From contig CM052818.1 of assembly GCA_028534125.1 (NCBI GenBank), forward strand, positions 30,692,001 through 30,756,000: a stretch of 64,000 bases of DNA, given 5' to 3'. Under the pieces are notes generated by a model that was given only the letters and a program-made list of their open reading frames with translations, made no database searches and was not told the origin of the DNA. The first letter of the stretch is position 1, and every line of letters begins with the position of its first letter. A program made the position numbers and the translations under genes. The stretch is from Lama glama. Taxonomy: Eukaryota. Positions 1-11,243 of the stretch are shown piece after piece.

Positions 1-29
1 AACTCTAATAATTGCTCCAGTGCTGAAAT

Positions 30-185
30 GTGCCCACTCTTAGCTGTGTAATGTGGGCAAAAAACAACCTCCCTGTGCCTCAGTTTCTTCATCTATAAAC
101 AGAGGAAATGACAGTATTTCACAGGGTTATTGTTAAAGTTAAATGAATTAAAATATATGAAGTGCTTAGAAGGGTTCCTGACTTA
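30..185 (+). mobile_element. MIR SINE relic
   Basis: MIR core ctgtgcctcagtttcttcatctataaa...cacagggttattgttaaagttaaatga. Confidence 0.7.
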
Positions 186-489
186 TTTTAATGCCCTGTG
201 TTTTCTGATATTGTTATTAAACACACATACACTCATGCACACACAGAAACACGCGAATTCAGGTTTGTCCTGTTTGAATGCTGGTGGGATTTTTTTAAGA
301 GGGAAAGACATCTCTTTCAGGCTGAGAGTGTGGAAACTGCATTTAATCCCACATCTCATCCCCTGCACCCCCAATCCCCAGACATCCTCAGAGTACGTTA
401 CAATTGTGAATATGCCCTCCATCCTGTGTGCAGTGGTGGCAAACAAATGAACTGGGACCTATAACTTGAGGCTTCTCATTTCTCTCGAG

Positions 490-582
490 GCATTGACATG
501 AAGTTTAAGAATCAGCTGTTTCCTGTGATCATCTGCCCAGCCTGGATCCCTGAGCTGAATTCAGTGGAGCATGGACCGGAGG
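490..582 (+). CDS. XDH: XDH exon 10 (93 bp)
   Basis: (G)[30 protein letters not shown]; acceptor ctcgag, donor gtaagg. Confidence 0.95.
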
Positions 583-1185
583 GTAAGGGGAGGTTCTCCT
601 GAGCCCACAGAGGGGCTGGGGTGCAGGAGGTGGGTCCCATGGTGGGTGGTGGGTGCTGGGAAAGCCTCCCCTCTAGCTCTCACTGCTTCCTGCCTTTTCT
701 GGAGCCACCCTGCACGGGGGAATCAGGCACCTGTCCCCGCCTTCCTCCCCTGAGCATCTGTGATGGGGTGCGAGTGGGCAAGGGGCTTGAGATTTTCCAT
801 AGTTGTTCTCAATCCTAGCTACACATTAGAATCGCTCATGGCAATTGGGAGTAGGTGGGAGGAGTTCTTGGGTGCTTTTTTAAAAAAATGCCAGGACTTC
901 ACCCTCAGAGATCTGCTTTATTGAGTTGAGAACCACTGATTTAGAGAAAAGAGCATTCTGGTTGTAGGATCAACAGGCCTGGGGTTGAGTTCTGGCCTTT
1001 TTATTAGTTGTATGGCATTGGGCAGGTCACTTGGCCTCTCTGGGCCTTAATTTCTTCATCCACATAAGGATGTGAGTCCTGGTTCAGCCTTCCTCGGGTT
1101 GCTGTGAAGCTTCGTAGGGGCTGTGTGTGGAAGGGCTTTCCCAGCTGTGGTGGGGATAGCTGTTACCCTGAGCATATGTTCCCAG

Positions 1186-1337
1186 GTATCTCTTTTGGAG
1201 CCGCTTGCTGCTTGAGCTGCGTGGAAAAGACCCTGCTTGATGCAGTTGCTAAGCTTCCTGCCCACAAAGCAGAGGTGTTCAGAGGTGTCCTGGAGCAGCT
1301 GCGCTGGTTTGCTGGGAAGCAAGTCAAGTCAGTGGCT
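1186..1337 (+). CDS. XDH: XDH exon 11 (152 bp)
   Basis: [51 protein letters not shown]; cccag / gtgagt. Confidence 0.97.
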
Positions 1338-1434
1338 GTGAGTCCCTCTTCGGGGGCCCAGGATAGGCATTTTCATCTCCAGGCAGGGGTTGCTGGTCTG
1401 ACTTCTGCTGCAGAACCCATGGGCCTCCAACTTT

Positions 1435-1590
1435 AGTGCTTAGGATTGCCTGGGGTGCTTGTTAAAAATGCAGATTCCTGGATCCCATCCTCAGAGGTTC
1501 TGCCAGCAGGTCTGGGATGGAGCCCAGGGAGCAGGTGTTTACCAAACCCCACAGGTGCTTCTGATGAGGTGGCCTGCGGGCCATTCTGGG
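1435..1590. mobile_element. MER5-type hAT DNA transposon relic
   Basis: gcttgttaaaaatgcagattcctggatcccatcctcagag...ggtctgggatggagcccagg. Confidence 0.7.
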
Positions 1591-2570
1591 AAGCTCTCCA
1601 GCTGTGACTCAGTCTTTACTCCTGAGGCCTGTCCCCTCTTCCTGAAGTTGACTGAGGCTGCCAGCAGGTGGATGAGAGCTAAGTTAGGGAGAAGCCAAAA
1701 CAGGGCAGGGGACTGCCTTTCAGAGTCCGGGGGAGAACCAGAGATAGACCCCTTGAGAGAAGGGAGGGGCACAACTGTTGACTGTTCTCAATCAACTTTC
1801 AGACCAGCCTCCAAATTCCCAGTTTGCAAATGGGCTCACACACCTGGTGCTGAGTCTCACAACCACTGATAGTGTCAGAAGGAAAGCTGGCTCTTCCATT
1901 CCAATTTGTTGTTGTTTTAAATCAGAACGAAATAACAAAGCAAAACAGGCCACTCATCCCCTCACCCCACCCCACGCACCTGCCTCTTCCGAGTATGGGT
2001 GAGGAGCATAAACCCAGGAAGCTCTACTGAGTCCCCCAGCTCTGGTGTAATCTGCTTCCAGGAAGGATTTTTTTTCCTGGAGCAGGTGGTTTTCTTCCTG
2101 TTTCCTAATTATGGGGACCCTGTGTCTGATACTCCTTATATTCTTTGCCAAGGAAGCTCAATGAGAACAAATTGTTTATCCTTAAGGCTTCCTCCTCTTT
2201 TTCCTTGATCTTTATCTTTCATTTCTCTTTTACTAACTCTCTATGTCCTCTGTGATAAACCACCTCAACCCTTTCAGAAAAAGTCTGGGTGAAATCAGTC
2301 AAACAAACAAATGTAAAGGGGCTGACCCTTGTTTACCGATGGGTAAATTTCAGAGCTGGGACCCAGTCCCAGGTGTTGGGATCTCAAGTTTTGTGCGTGC
2401 CTAAATGCCCACGTTCTCACTGTGCTGAGCCTGTGTCTGCAGGGGTAGGAGGACCTCAGAGCTCTCCCTTCAGTAGGTGTCCCCCACCTTCAGTGTGTCC
2501 GGGAGCCGGCTGTGTGAGCAGGAGTTTCCCAGGGCAGGGCAGGCTCTCATGCACTCTCTGCTTGTCCTAG

Positions 2571-2664
2571 TCCATTGGAGGGAACATCATCACCGCCAGC
2601 CCCATCTCCGACCTCAACCCTGTGTTCATGGCCAGTGGGACCAAGCTGACCATCGTGTCCAGAG
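2571..2664 (+). CDS. XDH: XDH exon 12 (94 bp)
   Basis: [31 protein letters not shown] (FAD-binding motif); cctag / gtgagc. Confidence 0.97.
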
Positions 2665-2939
2665 GTGAGCTGCCTCAAGCAGAGGTCAGGAAAGAGGGCC
2701 TGATGGGGGAAGCGGGTGGAGTCTCACTTTCTGGGGAAATAGAGCCTGAAGCTCAATGATGCAGCTTCCCCTAAGTTTGGATCTCTGGCAACTGCAAGGG
2801 AGATGCACAGAGCTTGGGGGCCAGGAGAGCTGGACCATCACTTTACCAAGAATTCACAGCAGGACCTGTCATCCTTACTTAGTGGTGGGCTGGGGCCAGA
2901 GTACACACGCCACTCATCACAGCTGATAGCTGCGTTTTC

Positions 2940-3805
2940 AAGGACTTGGAGCATTTGTTAAACATGGCCATTATTAACAATTATACTATATAAACTTACA
3001 ATGAAATAAATTATATTAAAAACAAAAGTAATGAATACTCAGAATTCACTTCCTGATTATTTTACTTCATTTTACCATTGTCTATGCCCTTGAGGTGGTT
3101 TTCCATTCATTATATTTGTGGAGTGGAGATGCTACATAGTGGGGTGCTCCTGTGCATCTTTCCCTGTTGGAGGCTCCCCAAGACCACCTCCAGGTTTGAT
3201 GACTCTAAGGAGGTCAAGGAGGACTCACAGAACTCAGCATGGAGTCCTACTTATGGCTATGACATTACAGCAGGAGGATACAAAGCAAAATCAGCAAAAG
3301 CAAAAGACACATGGCGTGAAGTCTGGAGGAAACCAGGCACTGGCTTCCAGAGCCTCCTCCCAGTGGAGTCACACAGGACGTGCTCCATTTCCCCAGTCTT
3401 AAGTCAAGCTGTGACAACACATGTGAAGGGTTGTCCACCAGGGATGCTCATTAGAGACTAAGCACCCAGGGCTTTTCCTGGGGACCAGTCGCGAAGCTCT
3501 GCCTGGCATGTACCAGAAGCCCAGACTCCCAGAAGGAAAGCAAGATGGTCAGCATAAACCATTTGTACAAACACTTTAGGCACAGTGAGCCATTCTTACC
3601 AGGGAATGGTGGGAACGCTCCTGAAATCCAAATTCCCAGAGGACAGCCAACAGCCAACCTTGTTAGCAGGCCTTTCAGAGGATAGCAGGTCTGCTGTGTC
3701 AACTCTTTGCCACCCTCTTTCTAACTTCACATTTAGTGATGTAGCTCTGACAACTTGACATTGGCTGTGGTAGGAGTATTTATACCACAGAAAATGAATC
3801 AGGGT
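2940..3805. mobile_element. Old hAT-like DNA transposon relic, split by an LTR
   Basis: Recognisable AT-rich body at 2940-3164 resumes at 3713-3805; family (Arthur/Zaphod-like) uncertain. Confidence 0.4.
3165..3712. mobile_element. Solo LTR, MER21/MER77-like
   Basis: TG...CA ends; ccaagaccacctccaggtttgatga...ggactcacagaactcagca signature. Confidence 0.7.
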
Positions 3806-4002
3806 TTTTTCTCAAAGAAAAGAAAGTTCTTAAACAGTCAGCAGCATACTGTTGCTTAAGGATTTCAGTTGGAGCACCTTGGTCCCCATTGTGCCAGCCA
3901 CTCCCTCTGCCTGTGGGCATCAGACACCAGGATGGAGAATTTGGCTGGTGAGCTGTTTTATGCTTCCTCACATTGGTCCCTCTTTATCTTGCTTCTGGAC
4001 AG

Positions 4003-4112
4003 GCACCAGGAGAACGATTCCAATGGATCACACCTTCTTCCCCGGCTACAGAAAGACCCTCCTAGGTCCAGAGGAGATACTGCTTTCCATTGAGATCCCC
4101 TATAGCAGGAAG
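4003..4112 (+). CDS. XDH: XDH exon 13 (110 bp)
   Basis: [37 protein letters not shown]; gacag / gtaaga. Confidence 0.97.
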
Positions 4113-6221
4113 GTAAGATGCTGTCTGAAGCATCTTGAATCACTCCTACTCCTGCCAAGCTCCAGACAGGGAGACCAGAATTTGCCGCAGGGACCAAACT
4201 TAGCATCTCTCAGCTTTAACACTGATGTTCTTGTCTTTGAACCTTGCCTTTAGCCAACCATATTCCTCTCTGGACACTGAGGAGTTTCAGGGTAGGAGGC
4301 ACAGGGCATAGACTAGGAAACCAGACAGGTAGATGTGTGATCCTGAGTGAGTCATTTGACTTTCTGATACCCAATTTCCTCTGTAAAATGGACCCAATAA
4401 ATGTTACTGACTGTACAGGTTACTGAGAGGACTGAAAAGAAATAATTCAAATGGTTCCTGACAGATGTCTGGGAGCTGGTGGAGACTACCAGCTGGTAGC
4501 TAGCAACACAGTTCCAGGAATACATCCAGCTGTCCCTGTCCTAGGTTTCATGTGATGAAGTGTGGGGTTTGCATGCTGAGTGGAGAAGCTACATGTGAGT
4601 CGGGTCCTCACATGCTGACCTTGGGCTTGGCGAGGTGTTTTTTTTTCATGGACCTCACCCCAGGTTGGCTCAGATGGATTTCTGCTTCACGAGCAGGTGT
4701 TCTAATCTGTTGGGGCAGGTCTGGGTGCCTCTGGCTGCCTTGCTCTTGTTCCCCGGGGCCTGTGGCATCTTGACCTGGTGTGATTTTGTCCCACACTTTC
4801 TGCAATGGGCCTTTTAGAAAAGTGATCTGTGAGAGGCCGGGAGCCAGCGGTAAAGGAGAGCACTAAGGGCTTACTGCAGGCAGTTCTGTAGCGGATGTTA
4901 CAAGACATGTTTTGCCCTTGCTGACTTTGACATCCTGAACAAGAATGCTGATTCAGTTAGAGCAGTTTTGTCCCTGAGGTCATGTCTTAATGATTTTCCA
5001 GCTTATCCTTGTAAACAATTTTGAAAAGTGATTCCCAGAGGTTTTGTATTTCGCCAATCAGTAATTTTTTAAAATTAGAAGGTGGGGAAAGGAGGAGGAA
5101 ATGGGCATAGCACTGCCCAGTTTTTATTTTGCCAGGTGGGGACATTAACAAAAAACGTTTCATAAATGGGAAGAGATTTTAATACCCAGAATTAGGAAGG
5201 TTTTCTCAAGAGAGAACAGCTGATGACCTGACGATGACATTGCATGAACCCCGGGGTAAATTATCACCATGGACCGGCACAGTCCGGAAGGCAGCAGCTG
5301 GAATCTCTATTCCAGAACTGAGTTCAAGTTCTGGGCTCGTTGCCCTGGGACCATGTTAGACACTGGGAATCTGGACAAGCTTTACCATCAGGTGGGGTCT
5401 CTATAGCTTCTTCAACAAAAGCCTGAGGCCATTTTGGACCTCAGCAGTGGGGCTCCTTGTTTCTGCAATAAACCTTTCCTTAAACTTCCCACGTTGGAAG
5501 TTAATCAGAACTTGTGGTTCCAAGAGAAGTTCAAACCTCAAGCAGAACCTGACACAGAAGGCTCTTACCTGGAAAGCAACTCACATTCTCCTTCCCCAGA
5601 GACAGAGCCTGGCTTAAACCCAGGGGAATTGTATGTTCAAAGCACAAAGGCAGTTATTGCCTCATACAGCAAGTCTTTCTTTCAGGAAACAAGATTTCTA
5701 ACTGTAGTCAGGTGAGAGAGACAAGTCAGGGAGAGCATCTGTGGAGGCCGAAAGCTGAAGCTGTGTTTCAAACACCCTTTGGCATCTCAATGTACCTGCT
5801 TGAGAGGTGGTCAGGCCAACACAGGCTTCAGCACAGCCCTGGGGGAGGCCGGGTGGACTACGACACTGGGCACCAGAATGGGGAAGACGTGGGGGGCTAA
5901 GTAGGGCTCTGAGGAGCCTTCATGGAGGCACCTTTCCTCCTCCAGCTGTTGGGCTGAGAGCACCCAGTTCTCCTGTGTCTCTGACTTTACATTTTCCTGA
6001 CTGACAGGGGGAAATCTTGGCCTGTTCCCAGCTTCTGGGAATGTTATCTGGAACTTCTGGAAAGGCAATAGTTAGGCCTCGATCTTTGATCCCTGCCACC
6101 AGCTCCTTGCTGCTCTGTGATGGTCTTACCACCTCACCTCACCCGTGTCCCTGCTTCAGGCCGTCTGTGTACAGCCCTTGCAAAACCAGGTGGGAAACTG
6201 GTACTTTTCTGTTATTTTTAG

Positions 6222-6406
6222 GGTGAGTTTTTCTCAGCATTCAAGCAGGCCTCTCGGAGAGAAGATGACATAGCCAAGGTGACCTGTGGCATGAGAGTCC
6301 TGTTCCAGCCTGGAACCACACAAGTAAAGGAACTGGCCCTTTGCTACGGCGGAATGGCAGACAGAACCATCTCAGCCCTCAAGACCACGCGGAAGCAGCT
6401 GTCAAA
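6222..6406 (+). CDS. XDH: XDH exon 14 (185 bp)
   Basis: [61 protein letters not shown]; tttag / gtaaga. Confidence 0.97.
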
Positions 6407-6430
6407 GTAAGAGCTGACGGCAAAAGGAAA

Positions 6431-7260
6431 TTGCTGCTGCTGCCGCCGCCAATATTACCACTGTTGCTGCCGCGACTGTGACTCTAAGAGTGTTACCATC
6501 GCTGCTGCTGCTGCTGCTGCCATGGCTGCTCCTATACTGGTGTGGCTGACTACTGCTGCCACTCGTAGCATTACCGCTGGCAGTGTTGGCTGCCGTGCTA
6601 CTACTGGCATGGCTACTGCTGCTCCTACTAACGCTGTTACTGCTTCCTACTGCAGCTACAACTCCTGTTACTACTGCTACCGCTGCTGCTGCTGCTACTG
6701 CTGAAACTACCGCTGCTCGTCATTTCTGCTGCTGTCACTACTGTTCTGCTGTTGCCGTCACTGCTGTCCCTACTGCCGCCACGACTTTGACTAATGTTAC
6801 TGTTGTGGCTCCGGCTACTGTTACCGTTGCTACTGCGAGCGCTCTCTCTCCTACTACCAGTGCTATTATTGCTGCTGCTCCTGGCGTTCCTGCCACGGTG
6901 TTGCTGCCGCGCTGCTGTTACCGCTGCTGTTATGAATGCTGCTACTGTTGCTGTTGTTACTACTGTTACCGCGGCCACCACTGCCCCCAGCGCACCTAGT
7001 GCTGCTGCTGCCCGTTGCTCCTGACTGCACCACTGCTGCTGCTGCCGCTGCTGCTGCCACTAACAGTGCCGCTGGGGCTGCTGTTCCTGACGTTACTCCT
7101 GGTGCTTCTCCCACTGCCTTACGGCTTCTGCTTCTACAATTACTGTAGCTTCCACGACCACCGTTGTTACTGCTTCTGTCGCTGCTAGTACTCCTACTAC
7201 TAGTATTGTTGTTGCTGCCGCCGCCACTATTGCTGTTCCCGCTGGTACGTTATTACTATG
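6431..7260. repeat. Degenerate trinucleotide array (CTG/CTA/CCG/TTG) in XDH intron 14
   Basis: Period-3 low-complexity sequence with pure (GCT)n patches, e.g. 6501-6520. Confidence 0.95.
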
Positions 7261-7339
7261 GCCATTTTATGGCTACAGTGGTACCAAGCACTTTTCTGGC
7301 ACCATCCAATGAAATCCTTGCAATAACCACCCAGATCAA

Positions 7340-7720
7340 GTTTAGCTTTGGAGTTTGGCTTCTTGGTTCCAATCCCTGGCTCCAACAGTTCCCAGATGGG
7401 TCGTATAAGTCAAGTCACTTCATCTTCCCTTGCCTCAGCTTTCTCATTGGTAAAAGGAGTATAAATTTCCCCATACTATAACTTTTAATTTAAATTAAAA
7501 GTGATGTTTTATATAAAGCACTTGTGACATTGCCTAGTACATGTTAAGAACTCAACAGATTTAGCTGTTATTATTTTTGTGGCCTTTTTAAAAATTGTAC
7601 CTATTTTTAAAGGTGAGGATACAGAGGCTCAAGGAGGTTAAGTAACTTGCCTAAAGTCTCATAACCATAGGTATTAGAGCCAAATTTTGAACCGAGGTTC
7701 ATGTGACTCCAAGGCCCTGT
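7340..7720. mobile_element. Two MIR relics in opposite orientation
   Basis: + copy about 7340-7575 (tgcctcagctttctcattggtaaaagg); - copy about 7595-7720 (gaggatacagaggctcaaggaggttaagtaacttgcc). Confidence 0.7.
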
Positions 7721-7790
7721 GCAAACCACTGCACACAAGTGATTCTGGGAGCTGGATGGGAGCACTTTTCCATGGCCTGCTCTCTGGCAG

Positions 7791-7965
7791 GTTCTGGAAT
7801 GAGAAGTTGCTGCAGGATGTGTGTACAGGCCTGGCAGAGGAGATGTCCTTGTCCCCAGACGCCCCAGGTGGCATGGTTGAGTTCCGGCGCACCCTCACTC
7901 TCAGCTTCTTCTTCAAGTTCTACCTGACAGTGCTTCAGAAGCTGGGCAAAGAGGACTTGGATGAT
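7791..7965 (+). CDS. XDH: XDH exon 15 (175 bp)
   Basis: [58 protein letters not shown]; ggcag / gtgagt. Confidence 0.97.
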
Positions 7966-9387
7966 GTGAGTATGGGGGCCTGGGTGAGGCAGAGACTCCC
8001 TGAAGCACTTGTGTTTAGGAATCTGGGAAGCTGGCCTGAGTGGGAGAGTGTGGTGGACCAGGTGGTAATGCTTCTCTCCTCTGGACGTCTAAGGGCAGAG
8101 GAGCAGGGAGCAGGGACACAGCCTAGGGAGCCACATAGAGATGGGAGACAACTGGGTGGCTGAGAGGCAGAGCACTGTGCTGAGGGCTGGAGATGTGGGT
8201 TCTTATCCTGGTTGTGTCATTACCTCAGATGAGAACTTGAATAGATCACAACTCTTCGTAAGTCTCAGCTGTAAACTCTGGGGGGCGGGTAGACCAGATG
8301 ACCCTTCCAGCTGTGTAGCTGATATAACTGTGGTTGTGCAGTTAGAATTGGAATGTAGTGTGATGAAAATATAAGGTGGGGCTGCTACAGCTGGGGGGAT
8401 GTGGTCATTGTAAGGATGTGCGTTCAGGAGAGACTGCTGGCTGAGGTGGAGTCCAGCTCTGGAGATTGGTTCACTAGCAAACATTTATTTTGCACCTTTT
8501 ACAACATAAGATTGCACTAGGCATTGGGTGGAGGGGGGGTAGCCTAGTGTGGGAGAGAATGGGGTCAGTAAAGGCCAGCCTGATGTGACAACTGAGAAGA
8601 TGAAGTATGGGGGCAGGGACCACAAAGGAGAGAAGGCTTCATAGCTGTGGGGACAGCAGAGTGAGGCCCCTCTTTTGAAAACATTCGTAATACTTAATAT
8701 TCTCTCAGCTTATATAAGTAACGAACTTGTGGAAAACTTTAGAAATACAGAAATGTATAGGGAAAAATTAAAATTACTCTCAGATCCTAGAGAAAACCAC
8801 TGCTAATATTTTTGCTTATTCCTCTGATCTTTTTTCTACACTTATTTGTCCAGCTGTCATCCTGTTTGTCTGCTCCATCTCACTCTCTCTTCTATCTGTC
8901 CTTCCATCCGTCTGTCTGTCTATCTATCATCTCCCTATCTTTTGATCCGGATATAACATTTTCTAAACAGATTTTGGGTCATGTTACATAGAGAGTTTCA
9001 CGTCCCCCTTAATTCTGTTGAGATTATATTGTGAACATATCCCAAATCATTAAATATGTCCCACAGAACTGAGGAGAAAAAGGACGACTCTTCCAGGAAG
9101 GCTGGGGGAGGAGGATATTCCTAACGGAGAGTGCAGCACGCGTACATGCAGCAAGGAGGGAAACCTTGGTTCGGAGTGTCGGAAGAAGTAGGAATCATTC
9201 GTTACACAGGGTGTGGAGGTGGTGGAAGAGACGCTGCCAGAGCCCACATTTGGATGTCGAGTTTGATCCAGCCAGTACTGGAAGGAGTGTAAACAAGGAG
9301 ATGAGAAAGTTGTTACCACTGGGGGACCACCAAGGATGGGATCAGTGATAGAAACAGTCCTGATCACCTGTTATCTTGTCTCCACAG

Positions 9388-9471
9388 ACGTGTGGTAAAC
9401 TGGACCCCACCTATGCCAGCGCCACCTTACTCTTTCATAAAGACCCTCCTGCCAATGTCCAGCTCTTCCAA
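9388..9471 (+). CDS. XDH: XDH exon 16 (84 bp), FAD-Moco linker
   Basis: [28 protein letters not shown]; cacag / gtgagt. Confidence 0.97.
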
Positions 9472-9849
9472 GTGAGTACAGACTGTATACAGCTAGGATC
9501 AGGGACCCTCACAGGACACCTTAGATGATGCTGATCGTTGGTGATGACCATTTCACATTGAATGTGGGTGCCTAAAGCTCCTTACTGTTGTGCATACATA
9601 TCTGAAGAAAATGGGAATTATGTTAATGCCGATGAAGCTATTTCCTCACTGGCTCACCTAAATTTCTCTCTTTGGATTACTCTCATCTTCACCTCCTCCT
9701 TAAAGAAAAAAACTTTTTTTTCCGTTTTGTCTTTTCTGGTTCCTCTGTGGGACTGATGTATAAAACCAGGAGTTCTCTTGAACATGTAAACAAAACAAAA
9801 CAAAACAAAACAAATTTCTATCAACAGGAACTTCTTGAGAGTACTTAGG

Positions 9850-10062
9850 TAAAGTGTCAGCTTTTCCTATAAACATTTTGGATTTTCTGGGCCATGTAGT
9901 CCCTGCTGCAATTTCTCAGCTATATCATTATAGCACAAAAGGGGCCAGAGGCAATACGCAAATGAATGCGTGGGGCTATGTACCAATAAAACTTTATTTA
10001 TAGAAACAGGGAATGGGCCAGGTTTGGCCCATGGTCCACAGTCTGTAGACCCTTGCTCTAGA
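9850..10062. mobile_element. MER58A-like hAT MITE
   Basis: ggctatgtaccaataaaactttatttatagaaacagg...ggtttggcccatggtccacagtctgtagacccttgctctaga. Confidence 0.75.
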
Positions 10063-10731
10063 GTGTAATGGTCCAAAGCATGAACCCTGGGCCTAATGAC
10101 CAGGACGTGAATCTAACCTCTGCCATTATATGACAGTGTAACCTTGGACAAGTTACTTCCTCTCTGTGGGTCTTGGGTAAGTTAATTATGCCCAGACGCA
10201 AATGTGGGTACTTACGGCCCCTGTTTTACAGCATTGGGTTAGTAAAAGTAAATAGCTTAGATGGTTCCTGGCATACAGTAAACACTCGATAAATACTAAC
10301 CATCGTTATTATTACTTTGAAAAAAACACACAAAACAGCATTTTATTATAAACTGAATACATTTTAGAACATTTTGAGAAATATAGAAAAGTATAAAGAA
10401 GAAAATAAAAATCATCCCAGACCCCACCTCTAAGAGAACATCATTACGTTTATTTACTTCCTTCCATTTTTTTCCTATCCATATATAGACATGTTTCTAC
10501 TGTATTTATAACATATTTTTCCTACGGAATTTGAAATATTATATATACACATGCACAATGTTGTATGTCCTGTTTTTACACGTAACATGAGCCTTCTTTC
10601 CTTCTAATTAAAGTTCTTCAAAAGTATGTTTTAACGGTTGTATGCTATTCCGTAGCATGAGCATAGCATAGTTTATTTACCCAATCCTCACCGAATGGAC
10701 ATGTAGGTTCCTTTTTCATTTGTCCGATATA

Positions 10732-10888
10732 CAGTCAGCCCTCTATATGTGTGGATGTGAAATCCGTGGGTATAGAGGGCTGACTGCACTACACCATTTT
10801 ATATAAGGGACTTGAGCATCCACGGAATTTGGTACCCATGGAAGTGGGATCCTGGAACCAATCTCTGTGGATACCTATGGATGATTGT
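10732..10888. mobile_element. MER2-like Tigger/mariner MITE within an old L1M relic
   Basis: TA-flanked cagtc...gattg ends; ccattttatataagggacttgagcatcc...cctggaaccaatc. Confidence 0.75.
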
Positions 10889-11073
10889 ATAGTGATTCTG
10901 CGACCACCCTTCTCAATGACTTCTTACCTGCCTTTCTGCTTCCTTTGTCCTGTGCCCCCACTGCCTCCTCCATTCTCACTTCTCACATTTGCTTGGCCTG
11001 AGGCTCTCCATGGTTTCCCTGGGCCTGTAGTGTCCTCTGCAGCTCAGCCTGACTGGTGACCATGTTGTTCCAG

Positions 11074-11243
11074 GAGGTGCCCAAGGGTCAGTCTGAGGAG
11101 GACATGGTGGGCCGGCCCCTGCCCCATCTGGCCGCGGCCATGCAGGCCTCTGGGGAGGCCGTGTACTGTGATGACATCCCTTGCTTTGAGAATGAGCTGT
11201 TTCTCCGGCTGGTCACCAGCACCCAGGCCCACGCCAAGATCAA
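11074..11243 (+). CDS. XDH: XDH exon 17 (170 bp)
   Basis: [56 protein letters not shown]; tccag / gtgagt. Confidence 0.97.

Noticed and set aside
6522..7481. Ala/Thr-, Leu-, Cys- and Ser-rich ORFs as a nested mucin- or antifreeze-like gene
   Set aside because: They are open frames of the triplet array, broken by stops and frame slips. Intron retention from exon 14 stops at once (AAG TAA). No promoter or splice evidence.
7340..7720. Inverted MIR pair as a dsRNA or editing substrate
   Set aside because: The copies are too diverged for a stable duplex, and such pairs are common.
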